From Neodothiora populina (lineage: Eukaryota), in assembly GCF_041146345.1 (NCBI RefSeq), contig NW_027191408.1:868001-932000 (forward strand): 64,000 bases of DNA, in the 5' to 3' direction. Below are positions 23,674 through 35,879 of the stretch, piece after piece. Below the pieces are notes generated by a model. That model was not told the DNA's origin and did not search any database. It was given only the letters and a program-made list of their open reading frames with translations. The stretch's first letter is position 1, and every line of letters begins with the position of its first letter. Position numbers and translations under genes: made by a program.

Positions 23674-24878
23674 AGACTTGATGGTCATACCGGGTGTTGT
23701 ACTCCTGCAGCGTCCACGAATCGCCTGCGTCGCCGTCCGTTCTATACAAATACACTAGATGGCAGTGCCTTTTTGAGCGAACTGATATTGCAATAGAACA
23801 TAGCTGGAGAAGTTTGCACATCAACATTCGTGGTTGACACGAGCGATTATGTTGCTTACGACCTCGACGGTCGGGACGATCAATGCGGCAAGACCGCGTT
23901 GTTAGCCTTGATAGCGTTGATAGAGTTGATCAAATAGATGATTGGTTGAACAATTCTGATATGGAGATGACCAGAACTACAATTTGCCTACGCCTACGCC
24001 AGCACTTACTTCTCTTAGTGTCGCAAGTAGGCAGGTGAGGTGTCTTGCCTTACTGCTGTGGTTGACGTGCGAATCACATGAATCCCTGAAATCACATGCA
24101 TAACGTGAACTCGAATCCACATGCACAAAAACAAGGATCAGAGACGACACCTCCGCCAAGCACGACCGGACTCGGGTAAGCCTGCTCGACCAACGGAGAG
24201 AAAACGGCGTGCGGCTTGATTTTAAGTGTCCGATCCCACTGTAAATCTCTCGATGTGCCTGGACAATAGACGACAGAGGGGAGATGAATCCGGATTTGCT
24301 GACGACGATTGACGATGGTTATAGCTTGTACGTGATATTCAGAGTATGAAACAAGATCAACTCTCGCACGTAAAGACCGACGAGGCTCGGAGGGTGAGGT
24401 GGACGGTGGCTAAGCAGAGGCAAGGCAATATTTTGTAAAGCACAAGTGATCCAATACGGTGCAGGGTTCTCCTTAATACGTCTTTCCCACCACAATGTAG
24501 ATTATGTTAGACCAAATGGATCATAGCGTGCCATATGATAGATTGCGTACACCCAAAAGTGCCTGTCGATCTCACACACTTGCATGAACTTGGAGGATCC
24601 AGTTTTAACACTCGAATGGTCTGGAGCGATCCTGATGGCTCGCCCACTCCCTCTCTTTCACTGGTCAGGCCATGGCCGTAACCAGGAATTCGCAGGCCCT
24701 CTCGAGCCTGATGATGATGCCCTCTCGGCAGGAGTTTCAGTCAGCGTTTAAAAGCAAGTAAAGAAGCACTGTGCACCACCACACCTACCTCAGTACAGTA
24801 GGACCGCACAGACTCGACGGATCAAGGCAAGGCTTGCTGCCGCCGCTGCTACTGCCACAACACGTGACTGCTGCGGAT

Positions 24879-24908
24879 CTGGCTCTGGCTCTGGCTCTGG
24901 CTCTGGCT
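24879..24908. repeat. (CTGGCT)5 microsatellite upstream of the KH gene
   Basis: Read directly from the sequence. Confidence 0.9.
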
Positions 24909-25243
24909 GTCGAGACGAGGGAGCAATGTCCTTGTGTCCTTGCTGGAGAAATACTAAGTGAAGTAAAGTAGTGATATGTAGTGGTGACATCAAGTGCTAC
25001 GAGCATCACTTCAGGTTTGTTTTCCAACCTAATCCCCGTTCAGCTCTACCACTAGCTACAATCGTCAGAAATCCGTCAGGAGTATTCCATAATTATTCGA
25101 TTCTCTTCGGTCACTGGCGGGCTGAAGCGGACTCTATTTTGCTTTGCAGGGATTCGCCGGATTTCTATCCTTTACCTTTGCCCTTCCCTTCACGTTCGTT
25201 TCCAAGCCCACGTCCCTGTCCGCGTCGACACGGCCAACATCCG

Positions 25244-28200
25244 ATGCACAAGATCCACAACTTCACCGGCCAAGCTCGACATGGCTGGGAGAAGATGACT
25301 CCGAACATGGGTTTTGGCAGGCCACAGACACATGAACCCATGCTTCCCACGCCCCCGCTCAAGCGGTCTGTTGGCAACAACGCGCAGCAGCAGCAGCACC
25401 AGGCCCACCCTCACACTCATGCTGCTGCCCATGTCATGACGCCGAACCCAGCTGTGCCGGGTCATCAGGTCAATCTGTCGTTCAATGTTCCATTTGCCTC
25501 CAATCTCGCCGGCCCCGAGGCAGACACGGTCGTTTACGCCAGTCCGGGAGCCTTCGAGCGATGGACTCACCCCAAGGACGCGCCTGACGGGGCGGCTGCC
25601 CTCCCCAACCACGAGCTGCCCGTACATACTTACAATGTGGAGAAGCTACGGACAATCTGCAAAGTCATCACGGACACCAGCAACGGCCAGATCCAGGCCA
25701 CTGTGACTTCGTCCAAGCCAAAGCCCGTGCCCGGTATGCAGAGAGGTCCCCTCAATACTCTTGTCACCAATGTCTGCATCTCTGGAGACTCGGACATTGT
25801 CTACAAGATGAGGGCCAGGATCCTCAACGAGACGCCCATCACGCTGGTATGCCGTTCGCTTTCCTGACTCATCGAGCACTCGAGACTGACCTTTCCGACA
25901 GCGTTCTGCCACCGTCGACGTCGACACCCAACTCGTCACTGGACTCGACGCGAATGGCACCTTGGGCCTCAGAGCCGATGTTCTGAGACACATGGATGAC
26001 ATTGCAGAGAGAACAAAGGCCGACATCTTTCTCTGCAACCCGAAGCCCCTCGACATGGACTCGGCGAGCATCAAGGGCAACCTCGAAAGCTCCATCGACA
26101 ACCGATTTCGTATCGTCATCTATGGAGACATGGAGGTCTGCGAACACGCCAAGACCAGAGTGCTGATCATGATCGACCAGATTGTAAGTTGCAGACCTGT
26201 TCACATGTTCCTTGTCCTCGGCAGTATATTAATCATAATCTTCACCATAGCTTGGCCGACAAGTCGACACAATCAAGCTCGAGCTGTCCTTGCACACATT
26301 GATCTGCGGCAGACACCGTCGAAACATCAAGCTCATCGAGTCCGGCACCAGCACCGCCATCTACTTCCCGCCGCTCTTCCCTACCGTCTTCGGCTACAGC
26401 CCCGCAGGAGCATTCGCTCGTTCAAGAGATGAGATCATCATTACCGGCGAGAGCCAGGAAAACATCATGCAAGCGAAGAAACGACTCCATGATCTGGTCT
26501 TGACCACCAAGACTTTCGTCAAAGATGTCGCCATCACCACCAGCAAGGTCGACTACATTCTACTGGAGCGTCTGGACAAGATTCGTAAGATCGTCGAGCA
26601 GAATGGCTCATACGTTCTTCTACCACACCTGGGAAACCACAGCGGACTTCTTCGCGTACAAGCCACCGACATCCTCAATGTCGAACGCACTGTGCGCGAG
26701 ATCATGACCTTGGTATGTACAATCGTCGATGCAACAATTCCCTCGTACCATTACTGACATGCACACAGGCTGGACAATTCTATAGTGCATCGTGGTGGCT
26801 TCAAATCGACGTTCCTTCTCAGAGAGCCCCCACACCTGCTGAGATCCGCGCCATGCTCCCGGACATTTGCATCAACTCCGGAGCCGAAATCAACTTTGAG
26901 AAACTCAACTTCCACATCAATGGCAGCGACGACTCCGTCAAGGCCGCCATGACCATCATCAACACCCTGCCCTTCGTCAGAAAGGCGGTCACCTCCACCC
27001 TCCGAGTCAAGGTTGAGCTCGCCAATGAGCACAAGGAGTTCGTCAGTGGAAAGAAAAATGGCAAAATCAACAAGATCATGAGTCAGAGCAATGTCCAGAT
27101 TGTCTTTGATGGATTCAACGAGTACAACTTCTACATCGACGTTCGAGGACAACACTACGAAGCTACCAAGAACGGACTAGACCTGGTCGAACTCGAGATG
27201 CCCGCGTCAATTTCCTTCCATGTACCCGATCAATACCACAAGCGCATCATCGGCATTGGTGGTCAGCACATTCAACGCATCATGAAGAAGTATTCGGTTT
27301 TCGTCAAGTTCTCCAACGCCATGGACCGCGGAGGCATCGGAAAGGACGATGATGATGTCAAGGTAGACAATGTCATCTGTCGCACTCCGGCCAGGAACGC
27401 TGACAACCTCGAACTTGTCAAGCAAGAGATCATGGACATGGTTGAGAAGGTCGACGCCGAATACGTCTCTGAACATGTCATCGTGGACAGACTTTACCAC
27501 CGCGAGCTCATTGCTCGTATGCCAGAGATCGAAGATCTGGAGAAGAAGTGGAACTGCAAGGTCACCTTTCCAGGTACCGAGCAAGCTAGCGATATCATCA
27601 CCGTGTCAGGACCCGAGTACCAGGTCCCGCAGGCTGTGGATGAGTTCTTGGTACGTTTCTTGGAATTGACAGACATTAATGCACACAAACTGATTGTGAA
27701 CAGGGCATGGTTCCGGAGAGCCACGATATCTCGTTCCCTTCCTCCTCTGAGCTCCGCGAATATCTCATGTCTGCTGAATTTGGCGGCGACATCCTGCAGA
27801 AGCTGAATGATCAGTATGTCGTCGAGCTTGTCATCCAACAACCGAAGACCGAGCAAATCGACGGTGTCGATACCGTGGTTGAGACTCTACTGCTGACCTA
27901 CACTCGCAACAATGCTGGTGGCCTCAAGGATGCCATCGACTTCCTCATCCTTGGTCTTGTCTCCCACGGTCTGAATGCAAGCACTGTCAAGGGCGCAATC
28001 CCTCGTCCAAAGTCCGATTCGTTCGAGGATTCGATGCCCTACTTTGATTCCAAGCTTCTGCAACGAGCCGAACCCCCTGTCTCGACCGAGTCTCCCACGC
28101 GTGCGGCGTTCGGCAGCGAAGTCACTGGAGATCATCGCTCTTTCCTTGAGAAGTTGAGAAAGCCAAGTAGCATTTCCTCTTTCTCTGCCTTCCTTGAGCG

Positions 28201-28666
28201 ACGCAAGAACGGATCCAACTCTCCGAGCTCTCTTTTCAAGCATGCTTCTAACAATGCCTCCAAGGCTTCGCTCGTCAGCCTGGAGTCCCGCGAATCAGGC
28301 TACCGCAACCCATGGAACGATTCTGGCATCGACCTGGAGCATGATAACGCCCAGACTAACGGATGGGCTCACCTCGCAGCGGCTGGCAGTCGCCCTGCCA
28401 CGTCATCTGCTTCCCTAACAACCTCGACTCCCTATGAAAGCAAGTTTCCTTTTGGCGCCGTGGGTAATGCGTCTACGACTTCGCTCAACAACACACCTAT
28501 GATACCCGGGCTTGGCGGCGTGACTAGTGATGTCGCCAGCACCACAATCAGACCTGACGGTAACGCCACCCCTGTGAATGGTAGCGTCAATCACGGCGCC
28601 GTTGGCTCGCGTCCTTCGAGTTCTGCTGCTTCTGGATACCCGGCCCCGATAGGGCCTCCGCGTTGA
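25244..28666 (+). CDS. Multi-KH-domain RNA-binding protein (YLL032C/Mug60-like); introns 25847-25901, 26184-26250, 26713-26768, 27651-27703
   Basis: KH GxxG-type loops HTLICGRHRRNIKLI, HKEFVSGKKNGKINKIM and YHKRIIGIGGQHIQRIMKKY. All four introns restore the frame. Confidence 0.85.
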
Positions 28667-29541
28667 CATTTTGAGATTCTTACTTACGAGAAGGGGAAGG
28701 GCGGAGTTTGTTTGTTGCTTCTGTCGCCTTTTCATGGCTTTTTGTTTCTCCCATTCTGCCTGCTTTCGCCGGCACATTCGCACGATTCCCCGACCGTTGA
28801 CGTTCCTTTCTTGAAGTTCATGGGAATGGAAGATCCCTGGCCGCGGTGCAAACGACGGGAGTAAGAGCATTGATTCGAAAGCGTCGGTGTTTTTATCTTC
28901 GAAGTTTGCATCATGTTCCGACGCATCTGCCTTTATTCTCACATGCTCAGTGTTGGTGTGCTTTTGCCTACCTGTTTTTTGCCTTCGATGAAATTTGGCA
29001 TTTTTTTCGTCTTCTTGATTTCTCCTACCAAAAAAAGAATACCCCCTGCTTTTTGCAAACAATCAAAGAATTTCTTCATCTATATACCAAAATCTTTTGC
29101 TGTTGTTTTGACTCTTTTTTATTGATCAGTCTATTGCTCTATATACGAGGAGGCGGTGAGCGGTTGAAAAGAGCGACGAGAAGAGACACAGATATACTAC
29201 TACAGTCCGCGGGAAATCGATAACCGGAATGGCCAGACACATATCCCCATTACCTCCTTTTGCGCGTCGTGTGCCGTGCTTCGTGTCCACGCTTGTTTTC
29301 ACACATGTCTCGCATACTGACAGCTAAAAGCTTGAGCATACTGATTATCGGGAGCTAAATCCCCGCGAATCTCAACACTTACTATACATGCTACGAAGGG
29401 AGTAGTACAACAACTTCAACATGGACATTCTAGAGCATCAAGCGATCCAAGAATGACAGGGATTTGAGACTGCAGTACCTGCAGAGAGAAGTAAAGCGGT
29501 ATGGAACAAATTATGAGATAGCTAACCAACCCAGAGAAAGA

Positions 29542-30888
29542 CTATGAGAAATGGATACCGCCATCGACGACCATACACTGGCCAGTAACATAAGTAGCAT
29601 CATCGCTCGCCAGGAAACTGACCAACTTGGCCACATCCTCGGGCACACTGACCCTACCGAGCGCGATCATCTGATCGACGAACTTCTTCATCATATCGCC
29701 TTTCTTGACGAGCTCTCCCAGCTTCTCTCCTCGCTGCTTACCGATCTCCTCATCGATGAGGTCCCACATGGCGGTTCCCACGATGCCAGGCGCATAGCAG
29801 TTGCACAGGATGTTATGCTCCGCCATTTCGACCGCGTAAGCTTGATTAAGGCCTCGCACCGCGAACTTGGACGCCGAGTAGTGCGACAGCATGGGGAAGG
29901 GCTTGAAGCCCGCGATCGAGGCGGCGGCGATCAGACGGCCTGGTTTCTCCGCTGAGGTTGTGCCTTGCGAAATCAGTTGCCTTGCGGCTGCGGAGTACGA
30001 GTTGTGCACGCCGACGACGTTGATGGCGAACATGCGCTCGAAGTCGGCTGTTGTCAGGCTTAGAAGGGGTTTTACTTGCGCTATGCCTGCATTTGCTACC
30101 CTGTAGTTTGGAGAAAAGTGTTTGTTAGTTGTTGGCGCCTGTTGAAGCATATATCAAAAAGGAACCATGCCAATAGTGATACAAAAAACAAAACCGAAAT
30201 CGCTCCTCCGCCTAGGCTTGAACTAGGAACCTCTCGATCGCACGAGTGTCTCGCGGGGCGAGATGTTCATAACAGTCGAACGCGCTAGCCAATTGCGCCA
30301 CGGGGGATTGATGTTCCGAAGGCCGATTATGCCGGTCCATATTACCGCACGCCAGCCAACCGCCAGCGTTGCATGCACTGATAGCAACCGCATGAATGAT
30401 ATGAAAGCAAAGTCTACAGCAAGACTTACATTGTATTCAACGGACCCAACTCGCTCACACTCGTCTTGACGACCTCCTCGACTTGCGCGTAGTCGGTGAC
30501 ATCTCCAACAATACCGACCGCGTTGCGGCCGAGGTCCTTGACTTCCGCAACGACTTCGTCGATGCCCTTCTGGTTCGCTTGCACATCTGTGATGCAAAGG
30601 TCGTATCCGTCGCGCGCTAGCCGTAGAGCAATGGCTTTTCCACTGCGCGGTTTCATTATGGTTAGATGTCTGATCGTCTGGCAATGGGAGGTAGGCTTCT
30701 TGCTTCAGCATGTGTACTCACATACCACGGCTTGAACCGGTGACGATGGCGGTTTTGCTCTCGCGCCGGACTTGACTACTTGAGAATGCTCGACTCTGTG
30801 CAAGAATTGACGCCGAGGCCTTGTAGATTCTGGGAGACGAAGTCGTAGCTGCTTGCCGGACACTTTGTGAAACTAGCTTGTTGAGCAT
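29542..30888 (-). CDS. Short-chain dehydrogenase, acetoin/diacetyl reductase (BudC-like), with putative mitochondrial presequence; exons 30722-30888, 30430-30642, 29542-30100
   Basis: Spliced TGSSRGIG cofactor motif, MVANAGI, catalytic YSASK, NCYAPGIVGTAMW, YVTGQCMVVDGG. Introns 30643-30721 (GTGAGT..CAG) and 30101-30429 (GTAAGT..CTAAC..CAG). Confidence 0.88.
30183..30193 (-). terminator. Pol III terminator (TTTTGTTTTTT) of nested tRNA-Asn
   Basis: T4 and T6 runs 10-20 nt downstream of the tRNA 3' end. Confidence 0.75.
30203..30307 (-). tRNA. tRNA-Asn(GUU) with 31-nt intron (30239-30269), nested in intron 2 of the SDR gene
   Basis: Acceptor TCCCCCG/CGGAGGA with G73, D arm GCGC-AATTGGCTA-GCGC, anticodon stem TTCGA/TCGAG around CT-GTT-A, T arm CCTAG-TTCAAGC-CTAGG. 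Mature length 74 nt. Confidence 0.93.
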
Positions 30889-31492
30889 CTTTGCAATCGT
30901 GAGAATGAACAATGAACAGAAGGAATCTAGGGGAAGTGGGCTATATACTGATCATACAGAGAGAAAGAGATCGATTGTAGGAAGTGGGAACTAACAAAGA
31001 GGGTATATATATAGACGGGTATATGGTATCGCGTGAGTGTCCATCAATGAGGACAGTACCCCTCATCACTGTTTATCTTGCCTTGCCTGTACAAACTTGA
31101 GCGAGCAGTCTCCACAGATGCTGTCATCTACTGTACAGCCCACTCGGGTCCTCGGGTTTATGGTAAGCTACCTACAGTGCATCAGATACGCGGCGCGAAT
31201 ATGTGCTCGATCAGGAAAGCTGAGGTAGCTGAGAGGGGTAATCCGTAGCGCTGGGTGGTGGTTTATAGTGAGGTGCGGGGAACTTCATAGTAGCAAAGCA
31301 GAATGCGGAGAAGAGCTGCTCGGCGGAAGACACTCGAGGCTCAAATTGAACGTCGCTTGTTTAGACGCCCGAATTGCGCGTAGCGGACGCGTACCAACAA
31401 TATATGCATGCACTTTTGAGAGAGGAAAAAAAGTTACCCTTTCTGTCTGGTTGCAACCAATCACTGCATTCTACTTGATCAGTATAAACACA

Positions 31493-32908
31493 ATGTCTAG
31501 ATTGAGTCAAGCTCCAAATCGTAATCTCAGCCTCACAGAGGAGTTGGAAAGGCTTGAGCAGTCCATCACTCTGACTCTTCAAGGTAAACAAAGCCGTTGA
31601 CTAGATGTCATTGAAAACCATGAAGCTGACGAGAGGGTGTAGAGATTGATTCGAACTTCAGCAAAGCTCATCGCATCGTGACTGGGAGTATACTTCCGGT
31701 TGTGGAGCAATATGCGCAACACTCACAAGACGCTTGGGAAGGAACCAAGGTGAGCTTCATAAATTTTTCTGTGCACCAGAACAACTCTGGCTAAAGGAGC
31801 ATTTCAGTTCTGGAAACAGTTCTTCGAGGCATCCGCCAATGTGGCTTTGTCGGGATACGAAGAAGCTGCACTCGATGAAGATGTGACCCAAACGGAAACG
31901 ACCACCACCCATGATTCAACTTTCCAGACGCCGACAACGCATGAGGATGACGACCATGATGGTACTATTACTGGAGAAGAATATGACGATCAGCTCGAGG
32001 AGGAAGATTATGAAGAGGAAACATCAATCATTGACTCTCCCTCCAATGCCACCGGTGTCCACAGCACGCCACGTCTTGCCGGTTCAGCTGGAAAGGGAAG
32101 GAGCAGAGAAATCACTTCGCCGTCTCCAGCACGGGGTAGCGCCTTCAACCAGTCGTATACCAGAGGCCTTGCATCACCAGGAGATGACGTTGGCACGCCT
32201 GTTCGCAATCCAATGGACTTGACTTCGTCTTCGCCCTTTGAGCCTCCTTCGGCCTTCCAGCCCGCTACTGCTCAACGCCAAAATCCTGATCCTATCATGC
32301 ACCATCGCATTCTTGACCGTAATTATCGTGTGCAAGCTACTCCTCTCACCTCTCGCAGGAAGCATGCGAACTATGCCGCTGCTGAGCAGGCCGAAACACC
32401 TGGCACGACGAACCAGACTCAACCCACTAGAACTACATCATTCATGCCGGATAGTAGTCCAATGAGCAGTCCGGAGATCCCAGCTCCTCAATTGCGCTCC
32501 GAATTGTTTTCTCCTGAGAAGAAGTCCAAGTCCAGACTTACACCTCGCACACCTGGTGTCTCGGTACAAACGCCAGCCAAAGACATCACTACCAGCATCG
32601 GACGATCCCTTTTCACGGACCACCAAAACAACACCAAAAACGCAACTTCGCGTACTCTCTGGGATTTTGATAGTGATGACGATGACGACGATCTGGGAGC
32701 TAGTCCCCCCAAGACGATGCAATTCCACATTCCTCAGTCAAGATTGTTGCAGACGCCTGCACGAGAGGCGAGTAAATTGATCATTGACGATTTGTTGGCG
32801 ACTGCTGGGGCGGATAGAACAGACGAGATCGAGGGGCCGGATTACGATGTTCCGGAGATGAGCCCCAGTGTTGTCAGGAGGAAGTGGGACGATGACGATA
32901 CCTTTTGA
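31493..32908 (+). CDS. ASK1: DASH/Dam1 complex subunit Ask1; introns 31584-31642, 31750-31807
   Basis: LTEELERLEQSITLTLQ/EIDSNFSKAHRIVTGSILPVVEQY..FWKQFFEASANVALSGYEE, followed by an S/TP-rich tail. Confidence 0.93.
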
Positions 32909-33271
32909 GAGAACTGGTTTCTATGGTCTACTCGGAGTGTAAAGCGCTCTACCCTCACCACATGCCATCCCGGATATACACAACCTTTTGCTTTTTTGTA
33001 CTTCTGGTGCTTGACATAGCGAAACTACGGGCGCCGATTCCTGTATTCTCGGGTCTACGTCAATACGTGTTCACTACCGGTACATCGAAACATGAAGATG
33101 AAATCGAAGGACGATAAAATCATCCTCGCTATCATGCTATGAAGGACTCGACCCGATCCACCCATCCATCTATTGATATCTTCACGTTAATCTGTAATCC
33201 CTAAGCATCGTTTTAGTGCAGGCACAACCTGCACAGCATACCGCAAAACGTCGACACCAATACCGGTCAAA

Positions 33272-33700
33272 TCATCGCACAGCACTCCAAGCAGCAAGCG
33301 CCTCAGCGGACATCCTATCTTTTCGCCTCTCCTGCTGTTTCTGCGCCGGCGTCTTGTTCTTCTCTTCTTCCCTTCTTTTCTCCTTTTCTGCTCGCTTCAG
33401 TTCCTTTCTGTGTTGCTTTACTTCTTCTTTGGTGAGAGGTGTCTCGGCCGTTTGACCTGGTTGAGAAGATGATCCTGCATTTGAGTTGGCTTGTTGTGGT
33501 TCAGAGTCGAGAACAGTCGATGATGCCGTTGTTGTGCCTGAGAGGATCGAGGCGGCGTCGCTGTTGAAAGTAGCTTTTTGTTCCGAGGTTGGTGTCAGGG
33601 TTTCTACGCTGGCATTGGGGGATGTATGCGCTGAAGGCGATGAGGAAGTGGACGAGGAGGAAGAAGTCCTCTTCTTTTTGGAGAAGAAGTTGAGTGGCAT
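33272..33700 (-). CDS. Small uncharacterised Ser-rich/basic protein, 142 aa
   Basis: ORF MPLNFFSKKKRTSSSS..SDAASILSGTTTASSTVL..charged helix..AEALAAWSAVR with protein-like composition. TATA-like element near 33868 and a long free upstream region. Confidence 0.65.
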   Translation of the reverse strand: MPLNFFSKKKRTSSSSSTSSSPSAHTSPNASVETLTPTSEQKATFNSDAASILSGTTTASSTVLDSEPQQANSNAGSSSQPGQTAETPLTKEEVKQHRKELKRAEKEKRREEEKNKTPAQKQQERRKDRMSAEALAAWSAVR

Positions 33701-34342
33701 GTTGAGTATGAATAGTTTCCTCGTTCGATTGCTTGTGTTCGTGATGATATAAGTGTATAGTGATAGACAGTAGATGATTCCAATCTGCAATATATATCTT
33801 TTGGTATTTTGGTTTTATGTAGTATTCACACGAGAACATCCAGCTCGAGTCTTTTCTTTTCTTCGAGTATATATACATCAAACAAGAAACGGAAAAGATG
33901 TGAGAACGAACCCAGGCAGAGATTCATCCATCTATATACCCTTTCTCCCTCTTCCTTCTTCTGAGTCACCGCGTGACACTTCAACACAGGAACACAGGCA
34001 ACACAGTCATCCATAAGCAAGCAAGCAAGCGAGCGACCAAGCAAGCGGAGACCAAAACAGTCACCGCAACCAACTGTAAAGAGAATTAGTCAACCCCAGG
34101 GCGCAAGGCATCCATCTGTCCTCGCCCCATACACCCGTATACCGCACCATCGCGTAGCTTATTCCTTTATATCCACTAATCCTGGCCACTGATTGCACTG
34201 ATTGACATAGGCCACCCACCGAACTAAGGAAAAACCTCTGAGGTCGCAGGCATACACCACTACTGCGCAACCCGCTTCGCAACGTGCGTTGTCTTAGATG
34301 TGACCAATCAGAGACTGGAGACGCCTCACGATGTTCTTCTCG

Positions 34343-34783
34343 TACAGTACCTATAAATGTATATTCCTTCGTGCCTACAATACAGTACCTTCAGGTGACC
34401 TAGTCGATATTCATTTCCTCCCTTCAGCAAGGTACTTGTATAATAGTGTACTGTACCTCGGAAGCAACTAATCGAATCATCGCGGCTCGAAAGCGACTGC
34501 CTAGACTTACTGTGCCCCTCCTCACGGTATGTTGTCTCTGCGGCTTGTCTCTGCGGCTCCTTCCAAGACTTCAGCGAAACAAAACAAGAGAAGACCATAG
34601 GGTACCTCATCGTACACGGTGTTCACCTTAAGCAAGCACTGTACCGGACGCGCGGTTAATGCGAACACAGTAAGAGAATATCGCTACCTAGGGGATTATA
34701 CTACAGTACAGTACTTGCACATACAGTAGTACAGCAGCAGTAAGAAGAATCCCTGTTGTCTCCGCTGCATGAACGATACTGTA
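34343..34783. repeat. Cluster of seven TACWGTA motifs
   Basis: Exact copies start at 34343, 34381, 34449, 34702, 34707, 34722 and 34777. Confidence 0.85.
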
Positions 34784-35879
34784 TATCCGTCCTTCTACTG
34801 AACTAAGGTACCTAGCCTCGCCTTTTCCTTGCCCTTAGCCTTCGCTTACCCCTGTCACCGGGCTCGGATCGTCCCTCTTTTCTTAGTGCGTCTGCTTGTC
34901 TGGTTCGCTTGCTGCTATATAGTGAAGTCGAAGCTGATATACAGGACTTGGAAACGAGGCCTTGGATTTTCCAAGAGAAGAGGAGGGGAGGGTGATGTAT
35001 AAATGCTCGCGAGGTGGCGAGGCGTACTACTGTGAATAAAGCATGTATAGTACCTGCTAACATTAAGTCGACTGTGCCTTGAGTCAAAGTACCTCAGGCT
35101 TCTCTATGCTACTAGAATGTATGCTTATGTATTCAAAAGTGTTGATTAAGTGAATTACAATACACTGCAAGGCCGTGTTAAGAGTCACAACGGCAATTTC
35201 AATACCGAGGCAATCACACGAGTCTGCCTTGTCCTGCACTTCGCTCCTTGTGCACTCTAATCATAGTTTCGATATTGTCTCAAAAAAGAGAGAAAGGTGA
35301 GTCGACACTGTCCATTAATTTCTTGTGACTACCAAAGACGAAAGAGTTGCTACCCTGGTCATAAAAGAAACAGAGACAACGAATTGATTTGATAGGTATA
35401 GAGAAAAAGAAGAAGCGGGGGTATAGAGAATAGAGAAAAGAACAAACCTCTGTATGTTTTTACAAAATCCTTTTGTCTTGCTTGCTTGCTTTTCCAAAAG
35501 CAAGAGACTCGATCAGAATAACGCCTGCCTTAACCCTTGCTGTCCCTCTCTGTTGAGTTACCCTTCCTGCCACAATCCTAACACGCCCTTCCTTTCGCCG
35601 GTCCTGCTTTTCCCCTCCCTCTTCCTCCTTCCTTGGAACCAAAAGAATAAAGAAAACAAAAATCACTCTTCGAAGACAAACAGTCAAGTTCTTCCAGAAG
35701 TGACCATCCAGCTGTGTTGTCTATAGTCAAACAGAGCCTTGGACTGCGAGCAAAGCAAGAGCAGACGAGAAGAGAAAAAGAAAAGGAAATAGTCATCTCT
35801 TTCATCATTGCCTTTTCCCCTGACGCCACAGGCCAATCGCCATCCAATCTCGATGAACTAAAGATGGCTAGAGAGGATA

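Noticed and set aside
28415..29223. ORFs 28415-29062 (-) and 28846-29223 (+)
   Set aside because: Low-complexity translations of the KH gene 3' UTR.
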